A DNA stretch of 64,000 bases, taken from Longimicrobiales bacterium. GTDB taxonomy: Bacteria; Gemmatimonadota; Gemmatimonadetes; Longimicrobiales; Gaopeijiaceae. Of this stretch, positions 50,541 to 60,784 are shown in pieces; position 1 is the stretch's first letter; each line of letters starts with the position of its first letter. The notes under the pieces were generated by a model that saw only the letters and a program-made list of their open reading frames with translations, ran no database searches and was not told where the DNA came from. Location: the NCBI GenBank assembly GCA_965219445.1, contig CBDCNQ010000004.1:512001-576000 (forward strand). The letters run 5' to 3'. The translations under genes were made by a program, and so were the position numbers.

Positions 50541-50903
50541 TCACGGCATGATGATCCGGCTCTCGGCGCCCTCGGTGATCCCCTCCTGGATCGTTTGGTT
50601 CACCTTGAGCAGAACCTTGTCGAAGTTCGCCTGTGCCGAAACGAGGCCTTGGTATGAGGCGTTGGCCTGCAGGCGCCCAACGGCTTCTTCATAGCCGGAC
50701 TTCAACCCTTCGTTGGGCTCGTTCCCTCCACGCAGCGCGGCTTCTATCTGGCCCTCGAGACCCTCCAACTCCGTCCGTAACTCCGCCAACTCGCGGTCAT
50801 CGGTTGTACCCGAGACCGTCTGTTTGAGCGCCTGGTATTCCTCCGTCTGGGCCAGAGCCTTGCCCAGATCCTTGGCCATTTCCGTCACTCGTGTCATCGA
50901 CAT
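50541..50903 (-). CDS. YlbF/YmcA-like helical protein
   Basis: AKDLGKALAQTEEY N-terminus, N..Y..AQ..F..L...VN..I pattern. Confidence 0.7.
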   Translation of the reverse strand: MSMTRVTEMAKDLGKALAQTEEYQALKQTVSGTTDDRELAELRTELEGLEGQIEAALRGGNEPNEGLKSGYEEAVGRLQANASYQGLVSAQANFDKVLLKVNQTIQEGITEGAESRIIMP

Positions 50904-50952
50904 TCCTGTGGCTTAATGATGATTGCGTGCCCTTTCCGATCCATTGGCTTAC

Positions 50953-51885
50953 TCACACCCCTAGCTCCGCCATCACGAACCGGGGGCGCCCCGTCAGGTC
51001 GGGCCGGATGCGGACGGCGGCGAAGGCCCCGGTCGCGTTCAGGTCGATCACGATATCCCCCGCTTGCCCGAGGCCACACTCAAACGCCAACAAGCCGCCC
51101 GCCACCAAGTGTTTCGGTGCCCCCGTGACCAGCTCCCGGATCACGTCCAATCCGTCCTCCCCGGCGAATAAGGCCTCCGGAGGCTCCCAATCGCGAACCT
51201 CGGGCTGGAGTCCCCCCCTTTCGCTCTCTGCTATATACGGCGGATTCGACACGATGATGTCGAATCGTTCCCGCTGCTCCAGCGGCTCGAACAGCGGGCC
51301 CTTCCGGAACTCGACGAGCCCGCTCAGGTCGTAGCGTTCCGCATTATAGGCCGCCACGGAAAGGGCTTCGGGCGAGACGTCTGTAGCGACGACCCCGGTG
51401 CATGCTCCCTCCGCGGCAAGCGACAGCGCCACGGCCCCCGTGCCGGTCCCAACGTCACACACGCGTCCGACGCCTCTTGTCCCGGCCTCGGCCCAATCCA
51501 AGACCTCCTGGACAAGCACTTCCGTCTCGGGACGGGGGATCAGTACCCGGGGATCCGTCTTCAACTCGAGTTGGCGAAATCCGGTTCGGCCAATGATGTA
51601 CTGTAGCGGCTCGCGGCCGGCGCGGCGACGAAGAAGCGGCTTGAAGGCGTCCCGCTCGTCGGGGCTCAACGGACGATCGTACTGAAGGTAGAGCTGGAGT
51701 CGGTTGACACCCAGCGCGGCCGAGAGCAGCCATTCCGCGTCCAGGCGACCGGTCTCCACTCCCTTATCCGTCAGGTACTCCGCGCTCCAAAGGATCATCC
51801 GGAGGATCGTCCATGAATCCTCCCCCTGCGACACCCCGGCCTCCGAATCCCTATCCAACTCAGCTAACCTTTCGGAGCCGCTCAT
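50953..51885 (-). CDS. prmC: Release factor glutamine methyltransferase
   Basis: [32 protein letters not shown]; follows prfA. Confidence 0.96.
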   Translation of the reverse strand: MSGSERLAELDRDSEAGVSQGEDSWTILRMILWSAEYLTDKGVETGRLDAEWLLSAALGVNRLQLYLQYDRPLSPDERDAFKPLLRRRAGREPLQYIIGRTGFRQLELKTDPRVLIPRPETEVLVQEVLDWAEAGTRGVGRVCDVGTGTGAVALSLAAEGACTGVVATDVSPEALSVAAYNAERYDLSGLVEFRKGPLFEPLEQRERFDIIVSNPPYIAESERGGLQPEVRDWEPPEALFAGEDGLDVIRELVTGAPKHLVAGGLLAFECGLGQAGDIVIDLNATGAFAAVRIRPDLTGRPRFVMAELGV

Positions 51886-52982
51886 TCCGTGTCGCCCTGG
51901 AGCCGTTCCTCCTGATCCGCCAACCGAAGCGCCTCAATCATGGCGTTCAGGTCTCCGTCCAATACCTGGTCGAGCGTATGAACCGTCAGCTTGATCCGGT
52001 GGTCGGTGACCCGGCTCTGTGGGAAGTTGTAGGTCCGGATCTTGGCTGAGCGGTCGCCGGTTCCGACCTGTGCCCTCCGTTCACGGGAACGCTCCGCTTC
52101 TTGCTCCGCGATCCTTTGATCCAACAGGCGGCTTCTCAGTACCTTGAGGCCCTTGGCCTTGTTCTTGTGCTGAGACTTCTCATCCTGGCAGGACACGACG
52201 AGCCCCGTCGGAACATGGGTGATGCGCACGGCGGAATCGGTGGTGTTCACGGACTGACCACCCGGACCGGAGGAGCGGAACACATCGATACGGAGATCCT
52301 TAGGATCGATCGCGAGATCCACTTCGTCGGCCTCGGGCAGGACCGCCACCGTCGCCGCTGAGGTATGGATCCTGCCCTGGCTCTCCGTCTCCGGTACACG
52401 CTGGACGCGATGGACCCCCGACTCGTAGCGGAGCCGTCCGTACACGCCTTTACCCCGCACCGTGAAGATGACCTCCCTGATGGACCCTGGAATCCCCTCG
52501 GAGAGGCTCATCAGCTCGATCGTCCAGCCCTCTCGCTCGGCGACTCGCTTGTACATGCGAAAAAGATCCTTCGCGAACATCCCGGCTTCGTCCCCGCCTG
52601 TTCCCGCCCGGATCTCGACAACAGCGTCGCGATTGTCTAAAGGATCCTTGGGGGTGAGGAGGAGACGAGCCGTGGCTCCCAGCGACTCGATGCGAGATTC
52701 CAGAGAAGCGACCTCCTCCCCGGCCATGTCGCGAAACTCCTGGTCCGCGGCCTCCTTCAGCACCTCCACCGCACCCGCGTACTCTTCCAAGAGGCCGAGG
52801 AGTTCGTCGGCTACGCGGACCACAGGCTCGAGCTGGGCGCGTTCCTGCCCAAAGACTCTGAGGCGATCCAGATCCTGAATGACGTCGGGGCTGGCCAGCG
52901 ACTCATTCACGCTCTGGTAACGCTGCTGAGCTTCGCGGAGGCGTTCGAGGAGCCGTGGATCGGCTCCTCCGGGGCTATTCAT
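51882..52982 (-). CDS. prfA: Peptide chain release factor 1
   Basis: [17 protein letters not shown] (PxT), GGQ, RTYNFPQ. Confidence 0.97.
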   Translation of the reverse strand: MNSPGGADPRLLERLREAQQRYQSVNESLASPDVIQDLDRLRVFGQERAQLEPVVRVADELLGLLEEYAGAVEVLKEAADQEFRDMAGEEVASLESRIESLGATARLLLTPKDPLDNRDAVVEIRAGTGGDEAGMFAKDLFRMYKRVAEREGWTIELMSLSEGIPGSIREVIFTVRGKGVYGRLRYESGVHRVQRVPETESQGRIHTSAATVAVLPEADEVDLAIDPKDLRIDVFRSSGPGGQSVNTTDSAVRITHVPTGLVVSCQDEKSQHKNKAKGLKVLRSRLLDQRIAEQEAERSRERRAQVGTGDRSAKIRTYNFPQSRVTDHRIKLTVHTLDQVLDGDLNAMIEALRLADQEERLQGDTE

Positions 52983-53035
52983 AGGGGAATCGGGCCTCAG
53001 CCCAACCTAGTGTGTCGCGAACTTCGGGGGCACCA

Positions 53036-53242
53036 CTACGAACTGACTTTGTCGTACTTCTGCTTGAAGCGCTCAACCCGTCCGGCGGTATCCACCAGGC
53101 GCTGTTTACCCGTATAGAACGGATGGCATACGGAGCATATGTCCGTGTGCACCTCCGGCTGCGTGGCCATCGTCTCAAACGTATGCCCGCAGGAGCAGGT
53201 GACCTCGGCCGACATGTAGTCGGGGTGGATACCCTTTTTCAT
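53036..53242 (-). CDS. rpmE: 50S ribosomal protein L31 (Zn-binding type)
   Basis: [26 protein letters not shown]. Confidence 0.97.
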   Translation of the reverse strand: MKKGIHPDYMSAEVTCSCGHTFETMATQPEVHTDICSVCHPFYTGKQRLVDTAGRVERFKQKYDKVSS

Positions 53243-53348
53243 GATCCATCTCCGGAATCAACGAAAAGTGGGCTGCGGGTCCTATCGACCCAGGACTCTG
53301 GAGCCCACTCTTCAGCCGCGGGGAATATAAAAATTGCCGGAAGCCAGT

Positions 53349-54926
53349 TCAAGCGGGCCGGTGAGGAATCACGACGAGTCCGAGCGTCAGGAGCAGAGCC
53401 AGACCCCCGGCCAGGTCTCCGGTCCGCGTATACCAAGTCTGGACGTCACTCGTGTAGATCGTCTCGCTTCGGACGGCGGCCTGAAACAGTTCGGTCCGAC
53501 CATAGATACGTCCGAGTGGATCTACAAAGAGTGAGAAACCCGTGTTGGCGGCCCTGGCGACCCCGATTCGATGCTCGATCGCCCTCATGACCAGATGCGC
53601 GGGGTGCTGCCAAAGCGCGGCCGTCCTGGTATACCACGGCTCCCTACCAAACCACCCGTCGTTGGTGAGGTTCAAGAGAAAGTCTGCCCCCTCCACCCGG
53701 AAGCGACGGGCGTGGCCTGGATAGGTGGATTCGTAGCAAATCAGAACACCGAAACGGGTGCCATCCCCCGTGCGGCCGAGAGTCCAATCCACACCCTTCC
53801 CGTAGGAATCGACTTCGGCGCCTCCCTCCAACCACGCTCCGGCGCGGAACGGAACGCGCTCGACTAGCGGTACGAGTCGGTGTTTGTCGTAACGGAAATC
53901 AGTGAGCCCGCCATCGGGTCCCGTCATGAACGCGGAGTTCAGCGGGATCGGATTTGCCTCTACCCCCACGGTCTCCCCGATCCCGCCGAAGACGACGGGG
54001 GCGGTCCACCTCTCAGCCACCGCCAGGACCCGCTCCTGTAAGGATGCATCGGATTCGATCGGGCCAAAGAAGGTCACCTCCGGCCAGACCACGAGGTCCG
54101 GGGAAAACCCGTCGCCCTCGGGCAGGAGGCGCGTCAAGGCGGCCACGGTGCTGTCGTTGCTCCGGGCTCCATCCAACCGGAACTGTGCCGCAACGTTGGG
54201 TTGCACGACGGCGACGTCGCCGACGGCCCGGACGGAAAGGGTGCTGGCCCGCCAGTACCCCCAGGCCGCAGGCACCGCCAAGACGAGCGCGAACGCCACC
54301 GCCCAACGCGCCGACAGTCGGGCTCCATCCCGCGCCCGCGCGGCCCGCACGGCTTCGGCCAACAACCCGTTGAGCAGGGCGAGCCATAGCGTGATCCCAC
54401 GCGCACCCACCAACTCGGCCGCACCGACGAGTTCGGGGTAGGCGGTGAGGGACGTTCCGAGCCCCAACCACGGGAAAGCCAAGCTTCCCGGCGCGTGCGC
54501 CCGCAACCACTCGAGCGTCGTCCAAGTCAGAGGCAGCGCAAGCCAAAGAGGGATCCCCCCGTGATGGGTCAGGCGACGGAGCGCCCACGTGAAGCCTCCA
54601 GCGCCCAGCGCCAGGACCATGATGACGGTCACGTATGCGGGGACGGCCCACCAGGTGAAGGGCGCCAGGGCGGGAGGTATCCAGTACAGGAGCAGCCCGA
54701 AGTAGAGCACTCCAAACCAGACGCCGCCTCGGAATACTCGACTGGAAACACCCCTTGAAGTATTCCGGTCTGACGTATTCTCTTCATCCGTCTGGTCGGC
54801 CACCCAGACTGCCAGAGGCACGAGCGCGACGAAGGACGGGATCAGCAGATGGAAGGGAGGAAACGCGCAGACCGCCAAGAGGGCCGAAACCGCCGGTAGC
54901 AGCCGGTCGCCCCGCTCCGGGATCAC
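53349..54926 (-). CDS. lnt: Apolipoprotein N-acyltransferase
   Basis: TMs, EWLR, FPW..LG, VQPN; nitrilase triad WPE / YDK..LVP / ICYE; TNDGWF, RAANTG. Confidence 0.93.
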   Translation of the reverse strand: MIPERGDRLLPAVSALLAVCAFPPFHLLIPSFVALVPLAVWVADQTDEENTSDRNTSRGVSSRVFRGGVWFGVLYFGLLLYWIPPALAPFTWWAVPAYVTVIMVLALGAGGFTWALRRLTHHGGIPLWLALPLTWTTLEWLRAHAPGSLAFPWLGLGTSLTAYPELVGAAELVGARGITLWLALLNGLLAEAVRAARARDGARLSARWAVAFALVLAVPAAWGYWRASTLSVRAVGDVAVVQPNVAAQFRLDGARSNDSTVAALTRLLPEGDGFSPDLVVWPEVTFFGPIESDASLQERVLAVAERWTAPVVFGGIGETVGVEANPIPLNSAFMTGPDGGLTDFRYDKHRLVPLVERVPFRAGAWLEGGAEVDSYGKGVDWTLGRTGDGTRFGVLICYESTYPGHARRFRVEGADFLLNLTNDGWFGREPWYTRTAALWQHPAHLVMRAIEHRIGVARAANTGFSLFVDPLGRIYGRTELFQAAVRSETIYTSDVQTWYTRTGDLAGGLALLLTLGLVVIPHRPA

Positions 54927-56236
54927 GCCATCGAGGGCGGCCACGCCCGAAGCGCGCCCCAGGCGAGTCCCACATGAGCTGGAAGCAGAACCGCCAGAAC
55001 CTCACCGTTGACTTGATTGAACCCCGGCAGCACTTGAATGCATAAGCCGGCGACCGCCACACTGCCCACCACCTTGGCCATCACATCGACGCGGATACGG
55101 GCCCAGATGCCAGCTCGGTGCCGGTTCCCATTCAGCGCCTCTCGAATGAGCACGCCGGCCAAGACGAGAGAGAGAGGGTTCGCCTGGAACGCGTTCTCGT
55201 TCAACGCCCAGAAGACGTGGTCCGTGAAGAGCCACGACAGCAGCAACCCGGTGCCCAGCAAGCCAACCGCGCCGCTCCATACGGCTCCCGACAGTGCGAG
55301 GGCCCAGCCACCCCACCGCTTCCCTTCACCCGTCATCCACCCCAAGCCGACGAAAAGCGTGCCGAGGGAGATGCCCAACACCAGCAGGGAGAACAGGAAA
55401 TCGGGGGCGGCCAGTGGCAAGGGGTCGCGTGTGGCTTCGACAACGTGCGCAGCCTCACCGAGTAGGGGGCCTGGCTCTCCCTCCGCATCCACGATCCGGA
55501 CGCGATCCAGGTGCGCCTTGAGGCGTAGTGGGAGAAACATCTCCTCCCAGGCTGAGATGGTCTCGTCACCACGATTCCCGACCACGAATTGGATTCCGGC
55601 GTAGGCAGCCGGTGCGGACTGCAGCAACCGAGCCGTGTGCCAGCGATACGTCGTCCCCGTATCCATGTCTTCGGTGGCTGCGCGGATCTGTCCCCTGAGG
55701 ATCCGATCCAGGACGTCACGCACCCGAGTGGAGCAGTTATCCCGATAGTAGTCGTAGCGATAGTAACGGTTGGCCTCCGTGTCGAGCTCCTGCACAAGCA
55801 CTTGAAGCTCGAGGCGCTCCACGGGCGTGAGATTCACGGTTTGGATCCACACATCGCGGTTCGCCTGGCGGTACACCGCGAGCCACGACGAGGCCGTGAA
55901 GCCCCGCATGGAGTACCGCATCCGGCCTCGCGCCAGGCGGCGAATGAAATCCGTGTCGTTGAAGTCGAAGATTCCCCAGTTGTACGCGACCTCCGTTCCG
56001 GCCCGGTTATCTCGAACGACGAGAGCATTGTGGCTGAACCGTTCCCAGATGGCGTCCCCGGGGCCGATCGTCATCAGGAAGACCTCGAGGTGGGAGCCGG
56101 GCGGGGCATCCTCCTCGACACCGGCCGGTTGGCCACCGGCTGGCACGCCATCTTGGGCTCTGAGCGGACCAGGACCCACCACCGTGGCCGCCACAACCAA
56201 CACCAAGCACAGGGCCGGCAACTCAGCCCTCGCCAA
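54923..56236 (-). CDS. DUF4105 / Lnb-like membrane protein (putative Bacteroidota-type lipoprotein N-acyltransferase)
   Basis: Signal peptide, LMTIGPG...FSHNAL, YNWGIFDF, YRYDYYRDNCSTR, MFLP, then about five C-terminal TMs. Confidence 0.78.
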   Translation of the reverse strand: MARAELPALCLVLVVAATVVGPGPLRAQDGVPAGGQPAGVEEDAPPGSHLEVFLMTIGPGDAIWERFSHNALVVRDNRAGTEVAYNWGIFDFNDTDFIRRLARGRMRYSMRGFTASSWLAVYRQANRDVWIQTVNLTPVERLELQVLVQELDTEANRYYRYDYYRDNCSTRVRDVLDRILRGQIRAATEDMDTGTTYRWHTARLLQSAPAAYAGIQFVVGNRGDETISAWEEMFLPLRLKAHLDRVRIVDAEGEPGPLLGEAAHVVEATRDPLPLAAPDFLFSLLVLGISLGTLFVGLGWMTGEGKRWGGWALALSGAVWSGAVGLLGTGLLLSWLFTDHVFWALNENAFQANPLSLVLAGVLIREALNGNRHRAGIWARIRVDVMAKVVGSVAVAGLCIQVLPGFNQVNGEVLAVLLPAHVGLAWGALRAWPPSMA

Positions 56237-57254
56237 GTTGGATCTCCCGGCCCTCCGTGGCTGATCGATAGGCCGCCGTAATGACCTCCATCAGCGGGAC
56301 CTGCTCCACCGGGGCCGGGACGTCAGCTTCGCCGAGAACCGCCCGCACAAACTGATCCAGCAGGCGGCGATAGGCGTTTTGGAAGCGGTTCTCGCCACCT
56401 CGCGTCTTGGGTTGGCGCGGTGTCACGTCCAGGGGCCGCCCCCCCAGTTGTTTGTGGATGTTCAGTGGCCATAGTGAGCCCGACCCCTCGCTGCCCATCA
56501 CTCGAGCATAGTGCCGGTCCGCCTCGGCGAAGAGGTTCCAACTCACCTCGACGCTGAACGCGATGCCGGACTCTGACACGGCGAACACGGTAGCTGCTTC
56601 CTCGACCTCGCCCTCCTTACTTCGGAAAACCGCGGTCACCCGAGTAATCCGAGGATAATCCACGAGCCAGAACGCTAGATCCAGGATCTGGACACCTAGG
56701 TCCATGAGCGCCCCTCCTCCTGCCTCCTCCGGCTTCTGGCGCCACGTGGAACGCACCGCTGGCATCTTCCGTGTGAGCGAATTGGCTCCCACCGCGTAGA
56801 TGTCGCCCAACTCGCCCCCGGCCACGAAGGATGCGAGGGACCCCACGTCCGGGCGGAATCGGTGATCCATCCCGACGGCAAGATGCCGCCCGGCGGCGGC
56901 CGCGGCGTCGAGCACCCTCTGCACGCCCTCAACGCCCATCGCCAAGGGTTTTTCTACCAGCACATGCTTGCCACCCTCCAAGGCTTCGACCGCCAGCGAC
57001 TCGTGAAGATGATTCGGTGCGCAAATCACCGCCGCCTGGACTTCGTCGCTTGTAAGGATCTCCTCATCGGACAGGACGCGCGGTACCTCGAAACGAGCAG
57101 CGAGTGACTCCGCCTTCAAGGCATCCGGATCAGAGACGGCGATAACATCGACATCGGGTCGCTCCGACAACATCGGGAGATGCACGACCTGTGTGATCGC
57201 GCCGACGCCCAGGATGCCCACCCGCACCGAGTCGTGTTGCGACTCGGACGTCAC
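56223..57254 (-). CDS. Gfo/Idh/MocA family oxidoreductase
   Basis: GILGVGAI, PNHLH, GKHVLVEKP, GGGALMDLGVQ. Confidence 0.9.
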   Translation of the reverse strand: MTSESQHDSVRVGILGVGAITQVVHLPMLSERPDVDVIAVSDPDALKAESLAARFEVPRVLSDEEILTSDEVQAAVICAPNHLHESLAVEALEGGKHVLVEKPLAMGVEGVQRVLDAAAAAGRHLAVGMDHRFRPDVGSLASFVAGGELGDIYAVGANSLTRKMPAVRSTWRQKPEEAGGGALMDLGVQILDLAFWLVDYPRITRVTAVFRSKEGEVEEAATVFAVSESGIAFSVEVSWNLFAEADRHYARVMGSEGSGSLWPLNIHKQLGGRPLDVTPRQPKTRGGENRFQNAYRRLLDQFVRAVLGEADVPAPVEQVPLMEVITAAYRSATEGREIQLGEG

Positions 57255-57946
57255 CGGGCCTCCCCCTCCACCAACCCCCCCCAGATGAACGTCAGCCCTC
57301 CCCCAAACTCGAGATAGTTGAGATCGCCAAGCACTTCGACTTTGGATCTACCATGGATGCGGACACGATCGGTAATCGGATATTCCAGGCCCACGTGAAG
57401 GTTGAAGCCTGCGGATACCGAGTCGAGTAGGTCCTCGACGAACGTACCGTCGATCGCCGGACCGGCGCCGTTGAGGAAGTGCGCGGACATTCCCACTCCC
57501 GTCGAGAAGAATAGGTTCAGAGGCGTCGCCCATACGTAGTGGCCATCCACGCTCACAAGGACGTCGCTGCGGTCGATGACGCCGAGATCGAAGCCTCCTA
57601 GCGGAACAGTACCTCCCTGGGTCGCGGTGAGCGCGCCGAGTCGAGTCTCGAACTGAGTCACCTCGGCCTGGGCCATCTCGGACGTCCAATACGTCACTCC
57701 CGGCATGAGTCTGAAGCCGGGCCCGAGGAACCCCAAGTCGAATCGCACTCCCAGGGTCCGGGTATTCTCGACGTTGTCGGCGTCGAGATACCCAAGGTCG
57801 AAGGAGATACCTCGGAACGAGAGGTTCTCGTAATCGTAGTCGACAATGTCCTGGGCCCATGCTCGGTTAGGCACCACCAGCGTCACGGCCACACCAGCCA
57901 CGGTCGCTGCGATCACCATCCCCATCGCACTCACACACCTCGGCAT
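57251..57946 (-). CDS. Putative exported outer-membrane beta-barrel protein
   Basis: Signal peptide ending AWA; alternating beta-strand pattern (GFNLHVGLEY, LEFGGGLTF). Confidence 0.65.
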   Translation of the reverse strand: MPRCVSAMGMVIAATVAGVAVTLVVPNRAWAQDIVDYDYENLSFRGISFDLGYLDADNVENTRTLGVRFDLGFLGPGFRLMPGVTYWTSEMAQAEVTQFETRLGALTATQGGTVPLGGFDLGVIDRSDVLVSVDGHYVWATPLNLFFSTGVGMSAHFLNGAGPAIDGTFVEDLLDSVSAGFNLHVGLEYPITDRVRIHGRSKVEVLGDLNYLEFGGGLTFIWGGLVEGEAR

Positions 57947-57993
57947 CCGCACCTCACCTCCGTGTCGAAAGGTCATCCGCGTTTGTCAATTCG

Positions 57994-59274
57994 TCACGCC
58001 ACCTCAACTGCCGCCGCCTGTACGACCTCGAGGGTTTCGTCGATGACGCCGGACGTGTGCGCCGTGGAAACGAAGCCGGCCTCGAAGGGAGATGGGGCAA
58101 GAAACACACCGCGATCAAGGCACGCCCGATGGAACGCCCGGAACGTGTCGAGGTCTGCGCCTTGAGCCTCCTCGAAGGAATGGACGGGCTCTTTTCTGAA
58201 AAACACACCCCACATCGATCCGACGGAACATCCGGTGGCCCCGATCCCCGCGTCGGTCAGCGCCGACACCACGCCCCGCGACAGCCGCTCGGCAGCCTGG
58301 GCAAGGTCCTCGAACGGGTCCTCCTCTTCCAGGTAGCGGAGTTGAGCGTTTCCGGCAGCCGTCGCAAGTGGATTCCCGGATAGCGTGCCGGCCTGGTACA
58401 CGGGCCCGGCAGGCGCCATCTGCTCCATGAGGTCACGCCGGCCACCAAACGCCCCGACGGGAAGCCCCCCTCCAATGACCTTGCCCAACGTGGTGAGATC
58501 GGGCTCGATCCCGTAGCGCTCCTGCGCGCCGCCGGCGGATACCCGGAACCCAGTCATGACTTCATCGAAGACCAAGAGCGCCCCGTGGCGCTCGGCTATC
58601 GTGCGCAGGCCCTCCAGGAAGCCGTCAATCGGTGGGATCAGACCCGAGTTGCCCACCACCGGCTCGACGAACACGCTGGAGATATCATCCCCTCTTTCGC
58701 CGAACAGCATCTCGACCGCATCGAGGTCGTTGAACGGAAGCACCAAGGTTTCGGCCGCAACCGTTTCGGAGACGCCGGGGGAATTCGGGAGACCGAGCGT
58801 AGCCACTCCACTCCCAGCCGCGACGAGAAAGGCATCCGCGTGCCCGTGGTAGCATCCCGTGAACTTCAACACCAGGGGACGGCCGGTGGCCGCCCGCGCA
58901 AGCCGAAGCGTGGTCATGGTCGCTTCTGTCCCGCTGTTGACGAGTCGGACCATCTCTACACTCGGCACCATGCCGACGATGCGTTCCGCCAACTCCACCT
59001 CGGCCTCCGTCGGAGCGCCGTACGAGGTCCCTCGTTCGAGTTGCCGCTCCACTGCTCTCGTGACCGCGGGATGGGCATGGCCGAGGATGAGCGGACCCCA
59101 GCTCAAGACGTAATCCGTGTAGCGGCGACCCTCGGTGTCGTAAAGGTAGGCACCCTCCCCTCGCTCCACGAAGAAGGGGTCACCCCCCACCGAACGGAAG
59201 GAGCGCACGGGAGAGTTCACCCCACCGGGGATCAAGGCCTGTGCCCGAGCCCACAATCCATCCGTTTGATCCAT
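57994..59274 (-). CDS. hemL: Glutamate-1-semialdehyde 2,1-aminomutase
   Basis: PGGVNSPVR, NSGTEA, GCYHGHAD, FDEVMTGFR, LGKVIGGG, YQAGTLSGNP. Confidence 0.97.
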   Translation of the reverse strand: MDQTDGLWARAQALIPGGVNSPVRSFRSVGGDPFFVERGEGAYLYDTEGRRYTDYVLSWGPLILGHAHPAVTRAVERQLERGTSYGAPTEAEVELAERIVGMVPSVEMVRLVNSGTEATMTTLRLARAATGRPLVLKFTGCYHGHADAFLVAAGSGVATLGLPNSPGVSETVAAETLVLPFNDLDAVEMLFGERGDDISSVFVEPVVGNSGLIPPIDGFLEGLRTIAERHGALLVFDEVMTGFRVSAGGAQERYGIEPDLTTLGKVIGGGLPVGAFGGRRDLMEQMAPAGPVYQAGTLSGNPLATAAGNAQLRYLEEEDPFEDLAQAAERLSRGVVSALTDAGIGATGCSVGSMWGVFFRKEPVHSFEEAQGADLDTFRAFHRACLDRGVFLAPSPFEAGFVSTAHTSGVIDETLEVVQAAAVEVA

Positions 59275-59302
59275 TATCCCCTCCCCACGAGGGGTCGGTC
59301 GG

Positions 59303-60784
59303 TCATTCGCCCTCCACCACGCGGGCGATCAGGTCATAATCCTCCGCACATTCGATTTCCACAGTCACGAACTGCCCCGGTGCGAGCCCATCGAAGGGAT
59401 AAACGTGGGTGACGCCGTCTACGTCGAGGGCCTGGCCGACCGTCCGAGCGACACCGACCGGCCGGCCATCCACTTCCGCTCCGAGCGGGCCGGGGTCGTC
59501 CACGACTTCATCTACCAGGGCCCGGAACACTCGGCCGATCAGTGCCTCGTTGCGTTCGAAGGAGATCATTCGCTGCACGTCCATGAGCCGTTCGAGGCGC
59601 TCCCGCTTCAGAGAATCCGGGATCTGGTCGGACATTTCCGCCGCCGGAGTACCGTCCTCCACCGAGTACGTGAACGCGCCCATCCGATCGAAACGGAGTT
59701 CCTCGAGAAGATCGAGCATAGCGTTGAAATCGTCCTCGGACTCCCCCGGGAATCCAACGATCACGGTCGTCCGCAGCGTCACATCCGGTATCGCTTCCCG
59801 GATCCAAGCCACGCGCTCCCGTATGACCGTCTGCCGCTCAGGTCTACGCATCGCTTCGAGAATCCTGTCGCTTCCGTGTTGGAGGGGCATATCGAGATAG
59901 GGAAGGACCACATCCTCGCTGGCCATCAGCTCCACGATTTCACGACTGATACCCGACGGGTACATGTAAAACAAGCGAAGCCACTCCACGTCTGTCTCGG
60001 AGACCAAGGCCCGCACCAAATCGGTGAGGAGAGGTGCCAAGGGGTCCTTTCTCCGCAGGTCCCGCCCATACCAGGTCGTATCCTGGGAGATGATGTTCAA
60101 CTCCTTCACACCCTGCCGTGCCAGGGCCTGTGCCTCGACCACCAGCTCGGGGAGCAGTGCTGACCGGTGCAGCCCGCGAAAGCTGGGGATAGCGCAGAAC
60201 GCGCAGGTGTGGTCACATCCCTCGCTAATCTTGAGAAAGGATGTGTGGGGCGTTTCCGTGGAAAGGATCCGAAGCGGCCGCTCCATCGTCGGCACGCCCG
60301 CCATCGAATCCGGTAGAAAACCGCCACGTCTCAGTTCGGGTATCAGAGAGGCCATCTCCGAGAGGCCCAAGAAAAGGTCCACCTCGGGAATCGCTTCGCT
60401 GAGCTCGTCCTTGTACCGTTGGACCATGCATCCCACCGCGACCACCGCCCGGACGCGGCCCTCCTCCTTGAGCCGGCACGCCTCCAGGATAGTCTCGATG
60501 GACTCCTCCTTGGCCGATTCGATGAATCCGCAGGTGTTCACGATGACCATGTCCGAACGGCTGATGTCGGATGAGACGCGCGCGCCGTGCCCCACCAAGG
60601 CCGCCATCATCTTCTCCGAATCCACGGTGTTCTTGTCACACCCCAGGGTCACGAGGCCGACCTGGGGGCCGTCGGGCGGGCCGATCGGATCGATCGAAAG
60701 CCGCACCGCCTCCACGTCTCTCGCCACATCGGATCGGACCGGATCGGGGGCCAGGGGAAAGACCGGTAAGGCCCTCGTTTTCAT
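59303..60784 (-). CDS. rimO: Ribosomal protein S12 methylthiotransferase
   Basis: LGCDKNTVDSE, VNTCGFIESAKEES, KISEGCDHTCAFCAIP, TRAM domain with YDL; ATG overlaps the lolA stop. Confidence 0.95.
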   Translation of the reverse strand: MKTRALPVFPLAPDPVRSDVARDVEAVRLSIDPIGPPDGPQVGLVTLGCDKNTVDSEKMMAALVGHGARVSSDISRSDMVIVNTCGFIESAKEESIETILEACRLKEEGRVRAVVAVGCMVQRYKDELSEAIPEVDLFLGLSEMASLIPELRRGGFLPDSMAGVPTMERPLRILSTETPHTSFLKISEGCDHTCAFCAIPSFRGLHRSALLPELVVEAQALARQGVKELNIISQDTTWYGRDLRRKDPLAPLLTDLVRALVSETDVEWLRLFYMYPSGISREIVELMASEDVVLPYLDMPLQHGSDRILEAMRRPERQTVIRERVAWIREAIPDVTLRTTVIVGFPGESEDDFNAMLDLLEELRFDRMGAFTYSVEDGTPAAEMSDQIPDSLKRERLERLMDVQRMISFERNEALIGRVFRALVDEVVDDPGPLGAEVDGRPVGVARTVGQALDVDGVTHVYPFDGLAPGQFVTVEIECAEDYDLIARVVEGE

